Of a stretch of 64,000 nucleotides of DNA, positions 39,766 through 52,165 are shown piece after piece. The notes under the pieces are model-generated. The model was not told the DNA's origin, ran no database searches, and saw nothing but the letters and a program-made list of their open reading frames with translations. This DNA is from an uncultured Thermoleophilia bacterium. Its GTDB lineage: Bacteria > Actinomycetota > Thermoleophilia > UBA2241. Made by a program: the position numbers and the translations under genes. Every line of letters starts with the position of its first letter. The first letter of the stretch is position 1. Location: contig CAVZSF010000005.1 in the NCBI GenBank assembly GCA_963777895.1, forward strand, positions 219,725-283,724. The letters run 5' to 3'.

Positions 39766-41047
39766 CCGCGCTCGCCGATCCTTCTGCCTCGGCTGCCGCT
39801 CCCTCCGTCGTTCCGCCCGCCGTCTCGCCTGCCGATTCCAAGGCTTGCTCGTGCCGCCGCGCGTTCTCGTACAGGATGAGCGCGGCGGCGAGCGTGAACA
39901 GCGTGACGTTGACGATGGAATCGAAGTTCGTGTTGAAGAGACAGAAGACCAGGTAGAAGACCAGGTAGACGGTCATCGCCACGCCGATCTTGCTCGAGCG
40001 GCGTACGGACCACCCGACAGCCAGGATGCTGCCGATCGTCGCGAACAGCAGTCCGGCGGAGATCCATCCCTGCTTGTCGAGGACCTGGATGACGAAGTTG
40101 TGGGGCTCGAAGGCGGCATCGCCCAGGTCGACCAGGTAGTAGGCGCGCGACCAGACGTAGTCCCCGAGCGGATTCGCCTTCACGTAGTCCCACGCCAGCG
40201 CGGTCCGCTCGACCCTGTCCTGGGCCGACATGTCGGCGCTGGCGTTGAACATGGTCGTCAGGGAGTAGGTGGCGTTCTCCCTGATCGTGGGAGAGGCCGC
40301 GGTGAGCAGGAGACCGCCGATGACGACAACGACGGCCACCGCCACCGCCCGCGGCGTGATGCGGCGCGACATGACCACGTAGACCAGGAAGGCGAGGATG
40401 GTCGCGACGTAGCCGGAGCGGTGGTTCACCAGGACCACGCCGAGGACGCCGGCAAGGCCCATGCCGTAGGCGTACAGGGCCTTGCGCTGCAGCAGGAGAC
40501 CGGTGATCGCCAGCCAGCCGAACAGCAGGGTCGATCCGCCCCACAGAAGCCGCAGTCTGTACTGGCCGTACTCCCAGATGCCCTGGGGCCCGACGGCTAC
40601 GTAGCGGTACAAGCCGTAGAGGAGCAGGCCCACGGCGGCGACGTTGACCGCGACGATGAGGTGCTGCGGTCTGACATAGCGCAGGGCGACGTAGTAGAAG
40701 AAGGGGATCAGGGCGAGGGCGAAGCGGCCGTTCATGTTCGCGTAGGCGTCGCCGGGACCGACGTCGTGAACGATGACCGCGAGGGGCACGACCACCACGA
40801 GCTGGTAGAGCAGGTAGGCGCCGGTGAGCCGCAGCACGACCCTGTTCGCTCCGGTCGGGTCGGTGCGCAGCCGCAGCGACACCACGTAGAAGAACGTGGC
40901 GACGCCGGCCACGAGCAGCAGGTCGAAGATGTAGAGGGCGAACGGGCCGATCTACGCCACCACGAACCCGGCCACGTTCGAGTCGGCCATGGCCAGCGCC
41001 GTGAAGGCGATCAGGCACAGCACCAGTGTTCGCACGACGTACTTCAC
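39743..41047 (-). pseudogene. O-antigen polymerase/ligase-like (Wzy/WaaL-type) polytopic membrane protein with an in-frame TAG near the 5' end
   Basis: ORF 39743..40912 is multi-helix hydrophobic (~10 TM). The same frame continues upstream through TAG 40952..40954 to GTG 41047, which has an SD-like GGGAGAGG. That stretch encodes VKYVVRTLVLCLIAFTALAMADSNVAGFVVA*IGPFALYIF. The family call rests on topology and context only. Confidence 0.5.
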
Positions 41048-41228
41048 CTGCAGGCCTCTCCCGATGCGCCCCGCTACTGCTCAGCATCATGCCACGTAGC
41101 CCAGCCGTGGCCAATCGGGGAGCCGCCGGCCGGGGGACGTGTCCTGCGGCCCTCATACAGCGAGACGCCGCCGTCGCCTGACCGTTCAGGCGGCGGCGGC
41201 GTCTCGCGGAGCGCCGCTTCGGGGCGCG

Positions 41229-43161
41229 TCAGTGGATGGTGTTGGGGGTGCGCGTCAGGTTCGTGATCGTCGCGTCCCAGAGCTTCCAGACCGTCGAGCC
41301 TCCGGTGGTGATGTCGTTGCCGGTGATCACGGCGCCGTTCGTGTTCTCGATCTTGAAGATCGCCTGGCCGCCCGGCGAGATGATGCGGTTGTCGATGAAC
41401 TGCGGCCGGTCGCCGCGCACGTAGATGTACGCGGCCGACGGCGTGATCCCGTTGTCCACGGTCAGGTCGATGGTGTTGTTGCGGAAGATGGGCGGGTCCG
41501 GGTTGTAGACGTCGGGAGCCGTCCCGATGGTGTTGTTGCTCGCCCGCCAGATCGTGTTGTTCTCGACGATCACGCCCTGGGGCGATTCGATGCAGATCGA
41601 GTAGCCGTAGCCCGCGCTCGTGTCGGCCCCGCCGCCCTTGATCAGGTTGCCGCTCACGAGCGCCGGGCCGCCGCGCACCGTGCGGTCGCCGATGCGCCAG
41701 GTGTCGGGCAGGTCGATCGTGAAGGCGTCGGCGGCCTCGAAGACGTTGTTGATGAGGCGCAGATTGCGCCAGCCGTGGGTGATGGCGACGCCGCCGTCGT
41801 TCGTCCACGCCTCCAGCCCGGCGCGGGGCGACCCGCTGCGGACGCCGTTCGACACGCCGATGTGGCAGCCCTCGAAGGTCACGTTCTCGATGTGGGCGCC
41901 GCCCGCCCAGGCGTTCTCACGGATAGAGATGTCGTTCCAGGTGCCCAGGTTGCACTCGATGTCGCAGTTTCGGAAGGTGACATTGCTCGCGTTGTTGCTG
42001 CTCTCGCCCAGCTTGACGACGGTGACGTCCTGCCCGCCGCCGCCACGCAGGCGACAGTCCTCGACGAGCACGTTGTCGGCGTTCGCACGGTTGCGGATGC
42101 CACTCTGCGACGAGGCGCTCGCGGGTCCGAGCTTGAGACCGCGCAGCACGGTGTCGGAGCCGAAGCTGATGGTCGCCCGGAGCCAGGACTTCTCTTTGCC
42201 TTGACCGATGACCGTGACGCCGCTGGGGATGGCCAGGGTCGTCCCGCCGTCGAACGTCCCTTCCGGGACGACGACGGTGTCGCCGGCCTTCGCGGCGGTG
42301 ATGGCGGCGATGGGGCCGGCTGTCGGCTGCTGTGTCGGGGATCGCCGTCGGTGTGGCGGTCGGCGTCGGCGTGGCGGTCGGCGTCACGCTTGGGGAGGGA
42401 CCAGGCGTCGGCGTCGAAGATGGGTCGGGCGTGGGCGTCGAGTCCGTCGCCGGGGTCATCGCAGGCTGCCCGGAGACGGTGATCTCGTAGGCCGACGCCC
42501 AGCCGCTCGACGGCGTGACGCCCAGGATCTCGACCCGGACATACCTCGCCTGGCCGGCAAGGGTGTCGGCGGAGACGCCGGTGGCCACGTTGCCACTGCG
42601 ATCCGCCACGGTGGTGAAGGCGAAGCCATCCAGGCTCGTCTGGACGCGATACCGGTAGGCGCGCGCAGAGGCTTTGTACCAGCGGATCGAGAGCTGGCTC
42701 AGGGTGGTCGAGGCGCCCAGATCGACGGTCCAGGTCTGCGGGAAGCCGCGGGAGCTCGCCGCCCACCGCGTCGTGGTCTGACCGTCGTTGGCGGCGCCGG
42801 CAATGTGACCGGGCTCGAAGGAGCTCGCCGTCACGGGCCGGCCGACGGAGACGGGAGTGCTGGCCGTGGCGGTCGCGCCGGCGGTCGAGTGCACGATCTT
42901 GCGCAGGACGGCGTAGTAGCGGTTGTGCTTCACGATGCGATAGCGCCGCACGCCGTTGACCTTCACGTAGCGGTGGCCATCCATCACCCGGAGCGTGTGC
43001 CCGTGGCCGCGGACGACGTCATAGGACGGTGCATGCCTCACCACGCGGTAGCGGAGCGCCGTTGAGAGAGAAGTGGACGCAGAGGCGGGGACGGAGAAGA
43101 GTGCCAGCGTGAGCATGGCGAGCGCGAGCAGCATACCTGCGATAGCGAGCTTTCTTGGCAC
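41229..43161 (-). pseudogene. secreted protein: signal peptide, F5/8 type C (discoidin) carbohydrate-binding domain, Pro/Thr linker, right-handed parallel beta-helix domain; one frameshift in the linker
   Basis: N-terminal MPRKLAIAGMLLALAMLTLALFSVPASA. Discoidin-like NDGQTTTRWAAS...TWTVDLG...YRVQTSLDG. PT linker TPTPDPSSTPTPGPSPSVTPTATPTPTATPT. The beta-helix repeats (NVTFRNCDI, IENVTFEGCHI, NNVF, ENNTIW, RNNTI, IDNRI, ITGNDI) are in another frame. The shift lies at the CCCC run near 42335. Confidence 0.7.
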
Positions 43162-43275
43162 GTGATCCCTCCGGGGGCGAGGAACCCTGCTTCGGGGTCA
43201 CGTCGGCGTGCTCACGGCAAGGGTGAGGTGTGCTGTCGCACCGACGCGACTCGCTGGGGTTCAGTTGGCCGTACC

Positions 43276-43297
43276 GTGAGCAGTCGTCACTGCTCAC
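43276..43297 (-). terminator. hairpin downstream of the wzm-wzt genes
   Basis: GTGAGCAG-tcgtca-CTGCTCAC, an 8-bp perfect stem in a comparatively AT-rich intergenic region. Confidence 0.3.
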
Positions 43298-43417
43298 ACG
43301 AAGGAATCGGCCGGGGAAGGGCTTTCGGTTAGGGGTCTAGACGGCTATCTATCGTCAGCTAAGGCAACAAGAGCCGGGGTACGACGGGGGCGGCACCTGT
43401 GCGCCGCGTGGCGACCC

Positions 43418-44692
<1,275 letters not shown>

Positions 44693-44693
<1 letters not shown>

Positions 44694-45576
44694 CAGACCA
44701 CGTCCGCGAACATGCGCTCCATGCGCTTGAAGTAGTACAGCCCGCCGACGAGCAGCACGAGCACGATGCCGCACCGAGATCCAGAGATACATGCCGGGGC
44801 GCTGCTCGCCGAGCAGCGCCCAGCGGAAGCCTCCGATGACGCCGGTCATCGGGTTGAGGACGAAGAGGGGACGCAGCGTCCTGCGGGGATCGATGCTGAT
44901 CGGGTAGATGACGGGGCTCACGAACATCCAGAGCTGCACGAGGAACGGGATCATGTACTGCACGTCCCGGTAGAGCACGTTGAGTGCGCTGAGCCACAGG
45001 CCGACGGCGAGCGCCGTGAACATGGCCAGCAGGAGCAGGAAGGGCAGAAACACCATGTTCCAGGTCGGCGCGATGCCGTAGGCGGCCATGAGGCAGAGCA
45101 GCACGACGAACGAGATGCGCGAAGTCGACGAGCCCGGACAGGACGCCCGAGATCGGGATCACGAGGCGGGGGAAGTAGACCTTGGTGAGCAGGTTGGAGT
45201 TGCCCACAAGGCTCTGGCTGGAGCGCGCGAGAGCGCCGGAGAAGTACTGCCAGGGAAGCAGACCGCAGTAGCTGAAGATGGCATACGGGATGTCCGGGTC
45301 GGGACTCTTCACGTTCAGTCCCTTGTTGAACACGACCGTGAAGACGACCATCGTGAGCACCGGCTGGAGGATCGCCCAGAGGACACCCAGCACGGCCTGC
45401 TTGTAGCGCACGAGGATGTCGCGCCAGGTGAGGAAGTAGAGCAGCTCCCGGTAGGGCCAGAGCTCGGAGAGGTTGAGCGCGGAGAAGCCCCGCTTGCGCT
45501 CGTAGACGCGAAACCGTTCGGCCGCGTCCGGTGCGGGGGCGGTCGGCGCGCTAGCCACGGCGGGGCACGACCTCAC
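44693..45576 (-). pseudogene. wzm: ABC-2 type polysaccharide exporter permease (Wzm/TagG-like); two frameshifts
   Basis: YRELLYFLTWRDILVRYKQAVLGVLWAILQP..., then ISFVVLLCLMAAYG...YRDVQYMIPFLVQLWMFVSPVIYP..., then IVLVLLVGGLYYFKRMERMFADVV in three frames. Shifts lie near 45117 and 44772. The stop overlaps the wzt start (TGATG). Confidence 0.75.
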
Positions 45577-45736
45577 CGGTCGGGGGAAGGTGGATGGAAC
45601 GATAGGCCCGCGGCATCGACATACACTCGAATCGTATCAGGGACGCGGAAGCGTCGTTCATCGCCGCGTCCTTCGTGGTGCGTGAAACAGCCGTCTCATC
45701 GTGCGCCCTTCCCCCGTGAGGTTCCCGTAAGGGACA

Positions 45737-46882
45737 ATGTCGGGCGATGGAGGCCGAATCATGAATCCCGAGCGGCTCCGCGCGATGTGGCCGGCGACGC
45801 GCCACGAGCGCTGGATGGCCGAGGAGTGCGAGGCCGGCCTGGTCTCGGTCGTCGTGCCGACGTACGACCGGGCCGGCCTGCTCGTCGAAGCGCTCGACTC
45901 GGTCCGGGCCCAGACCTACCGGCCGATCGAGCTGCTGATCGTGGACGACGGGTCCACGGACGACACCGGCGGCGTCGTGGAGGAGTGGCGTGCGGCGTGC
46001 GCCGGCGACGACGGCCTGACCGTGCGGTACTTCCGGCAGGAGAACGCCGGCGCCCCCGCCGCGCGCAACCGCGGCCTGATCGAGAGCGCCGGGGAGTACG
46101 TGCAGTTCCTGGATTCAGACGACCTCCTCCACCCGGCCAAGCTTGCCGTGCACGTCCCGGCGCTCGCCGGCGACGACGCGCTCGATTTCGTCTACTCGGC
46201 GACCACCCACTTCACGACCACGCTGGACTGGGAGGTGGAGCCCCGGGCCGGCCTGCGGCTGGGCGGCGAAGACCCGCTGCTGGGCTTCCTCAGGGGGGCG
46301 CGTGGAACACGCCCTCCGGCCTGTATCGGCGCGCCGCCTGCCGCCTTCTCGGCCCGTGGGACGAGCAGGCGCCCATCTTCCAGGACTGGGAGTACGGGAT
46401 CAGGTTCATCCTGGGCGATCCAACGATCGCTCACCTGCCGGGCACGCTGTCTGCCCAGCGGCCGGGGCGGGACGGATCGCGTGACGGCGCGCCGGCTGTC
46501 GGAGGCGAGCATGCGCGGCAGGCTCCTGCAGCGCGTGCAGTGGCTGGGCTGGATCCGCGAGGCCGGGAGGCTGGACGGGGAGGTCGAGATGGTCCTCGCC
46601 GGACAGATCTACGCAGTCGCCCACGCGGCGGTTGAGCAGGGGTACGTGAAGCTCGCGCGGGCCGCCTTCGCGCTGCTCGCGAGCTTGCGCCTCCCCGATG
46701 GACTCGGACGGGAGGCGGCCGTCTTCGCCTTGTCTTGCCAGATTGCCGGCGCGGTGCGCGCCGCCGGCGGCACGCGCGTACGAGGGCCTCAGGGCGGCCA
46801 GGGGCTGCGTGAGCAGCTGGGTGTCCGCGAGCCGGGTCTTCCGGCCGCCCATCGGCTGAGCGCTGCGGCGGGCAACGTATAA
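45737..46882 (+). pseudogene. family 2 glycosyltransferase; two frameshifts
   Basis: VSVVVPTYDRAGLL, LLIVDDGSTDDT, ENAGAPAARNRG and FLDSDDLL. The middle part (AWNTPSGLYRR...FQDWEYGIRF) is in another frame. Shifts lie in the G-run 46294..46299 and near 46465. Confidence 0.75.
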
Positions 46883-46883
46883 T
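46878..46883 (+). promoter_or_regulatory. candidate -10 box TATAAT upstream of the intact epimerase gene
   Basis: Perfect consensus hexamer, rare in this GC context, 57 nt upstream of TTG 46940. No convincing -35 element. Confidence 0.25.
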
Positions 46884-46939
46884 CACGCCGAGGACGAGGG
46901 CCGCGTGCGCGGCTGCGTGAGCAGACAGGGGGCGGGGAC

Positions 46940-47875
46940 TTGGCGGAGACGTACCTGGTCACGGGCGGCGGCGGGTTCATCGGCTCGCACGTCGTCGACG
47001 AGCTGCTCGCCCGCGGGCACGCCGTCAAGGTGCTCGACAACTTCTCGACGGGGCGCCGCCAGAACATCGCGCACTTCGCCGACGACGTCGAGCTCGTCGA
47101 GGGCGACGTGCGCAGCTACGAGCGCGCCAACACCGCCGTGAAGGGCGTGGACGTGGTGATCCACCTCGCGGCGCTGCCCTCGGTGCCGCGCTCGGTGCAG
47201 GATCCGCTCACGACCACCGAGGTCAACGTCACCGGCACGCTCAACGTGCTGCTCGCCGCCCGCGACCGGGAGGTGCGGCGCGTCGTGCTGGCCTCGTCGT
47301 CGTCGGTGTACGGCGCCAACAACTTCCTGCCCAAGCACGAGGAGCTCATCCCGCACCCGATCTCGCCCTACGGCGTCTCCAAGCTCGCCGCCGAGCAGTA
47401 CGCCATGGCCTTCAACGCCGTCTACGGCCTCGAGACGGTCGCCCTGCGCTACTTCAACGTGTTCGGACCGCGCCAGGACCCGAACTCGCAGTACAGCGGG
47501 GTGGTCGCCCTGTTCCTGCGCCTGGCGGCCGAGGGCGCGCAGCCCATGGTCTGCGGCGACGGCACCCAGACGCGTGACTTCACGTACGTGTCGAACGTCG
47601 TGGACGCGACGCTGCTTGCCGCCGAGGCGCCGCGGGCCAGCGGCTCGGTCCTCAACATCGGCTGCGGGGCGTCGTACTCCGTGCTCGACCTCATCGCGGC
47701 GGTCGAGAAGGCCACCGGCCGGGCGCTCGAGCCGACCTTCGGCCCGGACCGGCCGGGCGACGTGAAGCACTCCTTCGCCAGCATCGATCGCGCCCGGGCC
47801 CGGCTCGGCTACGAGCCTCAGGTGAGTTTTGCCGACGGCATCGAGAAGACGCATCACGCCATGGCCGTCGCCTGA
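46940..47875 (+). CDS. NAD-dependent nucleotide-sugar epimerase/dehydratase (extended SDR; UDP-hexose/uronate 4-epimerase-like)
   Basis: VTGGGGFIGSH, the SSSSVYG...YGVSKLAAE catalytic YxxxK, RYFNVFGPRQ. Reading frame intact. Confidence 0.85.
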   Translation: MAETYLVTGGGGFIGSHVVDELLARGHAVKVLDNFSTGRRQNIAHFADDVELVEGDVRSYERANTAVKGVDVVIHLAALPSVPRSVQDPLTTTEVNVTGTLNVLLAARDREVRRVVLASSSSVYGANNFLPKHEELIPHPISPYGVSKLAAEQYAMAFNAVYGLETVALRYFNVFGPRQDPNSQYSGVVALFLRLAAEGAQPMVCGDGTQTRDFTYVSNVVDATLLAAEAPRASGSVLNIGCGASYSVLDLIAAVEKATGRALEPTFGPDRPGDVKHSFASIDRARARLGYEPQVSFADGIEKTHHAMAVA

Positions 47876-47923
47876 AGGGCCGCCCGGCCGCGTGGCGGCG
47901 GGGCTGCCCTCGGGGCGTACGGC

Positions 47924-49225
47924 GTGAAGGTCCTCTGGTTCGCAGACGGGCAGCTGCCGGCCGTCACCGGACTCCCCAAGATCGGGCGGAGGGTGGATCG
48001 AGGGTCTGCGCCTCGCACTGGCGCTTCACGAGCCGGACGTGGAGCTGGCCATCGCCTCGCCCGGCCGCGTCAGGCACGAGCCGTTCACCGCCGGCAACGC
48101 GACCTACTTCCACATCGGCCACGCGCCCAGCGGCGGCCGTGTCGAGAGCACGCTGAGGCGCTGGCGTCATGAAGCGGCGCCGGCGAGTGGGATCGCCAGC
48201 TGCGAGGCGATCGCTCGCGCGTGGGCGCCTGACGTGGTCCACGTCCACGGGGCCGAGCACTACTTCGGGCTGGCCCTCTCCCGGCTCGACGCTCCCGGCG
48301 TCGTCTCACTGCAGGGCCTGGCGACGGTGTATGCGCGCTTCACGCTGAGCGCGCTGCGGCCCGCCGACATCGTCCGTGAGGTGGGCACGCGCGACTTCTT
48401 CCGCGGCTACGGGCCACTGCACGCGCACTGGCGGATGCAGGCCCGCGGCGTCGTGGAGCGGCAGGTCTTTGCCGCGTGCGACGATTTCATGGGGCGCACA
48501 GCGTGGGACCGCGCCGTGCTGACGATGCTGCGGCCGGACGCGCGCTACCACGAGGTGGGCGAGGTCCTGGGCGAGCCGTTCTACGGGACGGAGTGGACGG
48601 GGCCGGCGGGCGACGAGGAGAGCCTGTTCTGCACGGCGGGCACGTCGACCCTCAAGGGCGTGGAGCGTCTGCTCGAAGCGCTCATCCTCCTGCGCCGGTC
48701 GGGCCTGAGGAGCCCGCGTCTCAGGATCGCCGGCAGTGTTGCCGGCGGGTTGCTGGGTCGCCGGATCGCCTCCCTGCTCGAGGCCCCCGAGCTGTCGGGC
48801 GCCGTCGACCTGCTGGGCCAGCAGAGCCCGGCCGAGATCGCCGAGTGAGCTCGCCGGCGCGAGCGCGTTCGTGCTGCCGTCGCATATCGAGAACAGCCCG
48901 AACGCGCTCTGCGAGGCGATGCTCGTCGGCACGCCCTGCATCGCCGCGTTCGTCGGGGGCGTGCCTTCCCTGGTGAGGCACGGTGAGGAGGGTCTGCTCT
49001 ACCACGACGCCGACCCCTTCGCCCTGGCGGGCGCCGTAGACAGGCTGCTCGGCGACCGGGAGCTCGGCGAGGCGGCTCGGTTCGGCGGCGCGCGAGAGCG
49101 CCCTTCGGCGGCACGATCCGGAGCGGGTCGCGGGCCAGGCGGCCGGCGTCTACCGTGAGATGCTGAGCCGGCCCGGGACGTCTCGGGCCGGCGTTCCCAC
49201 TTCAGCCAAGGAGGTAGCGCCGTGA
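47924..49225 (+). pseudogene. family 4 (GT-B) glycosyltransferase; three frameshifts
   Basis: MKVLWFADG..., DVVHVHGAEHY, then ASAFVLPSHIENSPNALCEAMLVGTPCIA (EX7E-type region), then RHDPERVAGQAAGVYREML, in four frames. Shifts lie near 47985, 48848 and 49095. Confidence 0.75.
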
Positions 49226-50193
49226 GGGTGCTCGTCACCGGCGGCGCCGGCTTCATCGGCTCGAACATCGTCCGGCGGCTGCTCGACGCTGGGCCACGAG
49301 CCGGTCGTGCTCGACGACCTCTCGAGCGGCTATCGCGAGAACCTCGTGCCCGAGGTCGCCTTCGTCGAGGGCGACGTCCGCGACGCCGGCAAGGTGGCGC
49401 GGGCGCATCGACGGGCTGCGACGTCGTCTTCCACCTCGCGGCCAGCGTCGGCAACACGCGCTCGATCGCCGACCCGCAGACGCGACTCGGCGATCAACGT
49501 CATCGGGCACGCTCAACGTGCTCGAGGCGGCGCGCGCCGCGGGCATCGACCGCGTCGTGTTCTCGTCGTCGGCCGGCATCTTCGGCGAGCTCAAGACGCT
49601 GCCGATCGCCGAGGACCACCCGCAGGACCCCGACTCGCCCTACGGCGCGAGCAAGCTGGCCGCCGAGAAGATGTGCCTCGTCTACAACAAGCTCTACGGC
49701 ATGCACAACGTGTGCCTGCGCTACTTCAACGTCTACGGCCCGCACCAGCGCTTCGACGCCTACGGCAACGTGATCCCGATCTTCGCCGACCGGATCCTCA
49801 AGCGGCGTGCCGCTGACGATCTTCGGCGACGGCGAGCAGACGCGCGACTTCGTCAACGTCGGCGACGTGGCGGCCGCCAACCTGGCGGCCGCCTTCACGC
49901 CGGACGTGGCGGGCGTCTTCAACATCGGCAGCGGCGACGCGCATCACGATCAACGAGCTGGCGCGCGTGATGCAGGAGCGTCGCCGGCGTGCGACGTCGG
50001 CGTCGAGTACGGGCCGCCGCGCGCCGGGCGACGTGCGCGACAGCCTCGCCGACATCTCGGCGGCCCACGCCGCCTTCGGTTTCACGCCGGCGGTGCCGAT
50101 AGAGGGGCGGGGCCTCGAAGAGTACATGGCGTGGGTCGCGAACGATCCGCTGACGCCTGCGGCCAGGCTGCGAGGATGCAGCAGGCAGGATGA
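49222..50193 (+). pseudogene. second NAD-dependent nucleotide-sugar epimerase (extended SDR), about eight frameshifts
   Basis: Colinear fragments: MRVLVTGGAGFIGSNIVRRLLDAG / LDDLSSGYRENL.. / GCDVVFHLAASVGNTRS / DSAINVIG / VLEAARAAGIDRVVFSSSAGIFG..YGASKLAAE..RYFNVYGP / VPLTIFGDGEQTRDF / ITINELARVMQE / DVGVEYGPPRAG / DVRDSLADIS. They alternate between frames. Confidence 0.75.
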
Positions 50194-51107
50194 GAGTCCT
50201 CGTGCTCGGCGGCGAGGGCATGCTGGGCCACAAGGTGTTCCAGGTGCTGGCCGCCGACGCATCGAGGTGTACGGCGACCTTCCTGCACGCCGGCGCGGCG
50301 CCTGGACGAGCTTCCCGATGTACGAGCGACGTCCCGCCGGAGCGCCTGCTGGGCGGGCGTCGACGCCGGCGACCTGCACAGCGTCGTGCGCGCCGTGGCC
50401 GCGGTCGCAGCCGCGAGGTCGTCGTCAACTGCATCGGCATCATCAAGCAGCTCGAGGAGGCGAACGACCCCGTGCTCTCGCGCTCACGATCAACGCGCTC
50501 TTCCCGCACCGGCTGGCCGACCTCTGCGCGGCCGCGGGCGCGCGCCTGATCCACATCAGCACCGACTGCGTCTTCAGCGGCCGCAAGGGCGGCTACACGG
50601 AGGACGACCTCTCCGACGCCGAGGACCTGTACGGGCGCTCCAAGGCCTCGGCGAGGTCGACCGCCCAGGCTGCCTCACCATCCGCACCTCGATCATCGGG
50701 CGCGACTTCCTCAAGCAGACCGCGCTGCTGGAGTGGTTCCTGGCGCAGCGCGGGGGCACGGTCAGGGGCTACCGCAACGCCGTCTTCACCGGCCTCACGA
50801 CGCAGGCGCTGGCGCGGCGTCATGGGCGAGGTGATCGGCGCAGCACCCGGACCTGCACGGCCTCTTCCAGGTCGCCAGCGCGCCGATCACCAAGTACGAC
50901 CTGCTCACGCGGCTCCGCGACGCGCTGGCGTCTCGACATGACCATCGAGCCGTTCGACGACCCGCCCTGCGACCGCAGTCTCGACGCGAGCGCGCTTCGT
51001 GGCGGCGACCGGCTACTCGCATCCCGACGTGGGACGAGATGGTGGCGGACCTGGCCGCCGACCCCACGCCCTACGACGACTGGAGGCGACGCCATGCTGC
51101 CGCTTAA
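50190..51107 (+). pseudogene. RmlD-like (dTDP-4-dehydrorhamnose reductase family) SDR reductase, at least ten frameshifts
   Basis: Fragments: MRVLVLGGEGMLGHKVFQVL / VVNCIGIIKQLEEANDPVLS / LTINALFPHRLADLCAAAGARLIHISTDCVFSGRKGGYTEDD / LGEVDRPGCLTIRTSIIGRDFLKQTALLEWFL / HPDLHGLFQVASAPITKYDLL / TWDEMVADL. They occur in alternating frames. Confidence 0.65.
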
Positions 51108-52165
51108 GGACAAGCGCATCCTGATCACCGGCGGCACCGGCTCGCTCGGCCAGGTGCTCGTGCGCCGCCTGCTCACCGGCGAGATGGGCCAGCCGCGCAA
51201 GATCATCGTCTTCTCGCGCGACGAGGCCAAGCAGCACTCCATGCGCGTCGAGTACCTGCACAAGCGCGCCGCCACCGACGAGATCATCTACCACAACTTC
51301 CGAGGAGCTGCTCGAGTTCCGCATCGGCGACGTGCGCGACTTCCACAGCGTCGCGCGCCGCGCTGCGCGACGCCGACGTCGTCTTCAACGCCGCCGCGCT
51401 GAAGCAGGTGCCGACCTGCGAGTACTTCCCGTTCGAGGCGGTGATGACCAACATCGCCGGGCCCGAGAACATCGTGCGCGCCATCCAGGAGCACGACCTG
51501 CCGGTCGAGACGGTCGTCGGCGTCTCGACCGACAAGGCCTGCAAGCCGGTCAACGTGATGGGGATGACCAAGGCGATCCAGGAGCGCGTCTTCATCCAGG
51601 CCAACATGCGCTGCACCCAGACGCGCTTCGTCTGCGTGCGCTACGGCAACGTGCTCGCCTCGCGCGGCTCGGTGATCCCGCTCTTCCACGAGCAGATCCG
51701 CAGCGGCGGCCCGGTGACGATCACGACGCCGCGACATGACGCGCTTCCTGCTGAGCCTCGACGAGGCGGTCGACACGATCTTCGCCGCGGTCGCGGGCGG
51801 CGGCCGCGGCGAGACCTACATCCCGCGCGTGCCGTCCGCCAGGGTGGTCGACATCGCCGCGGCGCTGATCGGCGACCGGCCGATCGAGACGGTGGTCACC
51901 GGCATCCGCCCCGGCGAGAAGATCCACGAGATCCTGGTCAGCGAGGAGGAGGCCACCGCACGGTCGACCGCGGCGACTACTACGCGATCCTGCCGATGCT
52001 GCCCGAGCTGCTCGCCGGCGACCGCGATCGACGCCGCCCTGGACGACGAGTACAGCTCCGCGAGCGGCGTCATGACGCGGCGACGCGCTCGCTCGAGGTG
52101 CTGCGCCGGCACAAGCTGATGCTCGACGACGTGCGCGCCGGCCAGACGGGGAGATCCTGCGATGA
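51094..52165 (+). pseudogene. UDP-N-acetylglucosamine 4,6-dehydratase family (CapD/CapE/FnlA/WbvB-like), about seven frameshifts
   Basis: Fragments: KRILITGGTGSLGQVLVRRLL..IIVFSRDEAKQH / EFRIGDVRDFHSV / DVVFNAAALKQVPTCEYFPFEAVMTNIAGPENI..STDKACKPVNVMGMTKA..RYGNVLASRGSVIPLF / DMTRFLLSLDEAVD. They occur in alternating frames. Confidence 0.75.
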
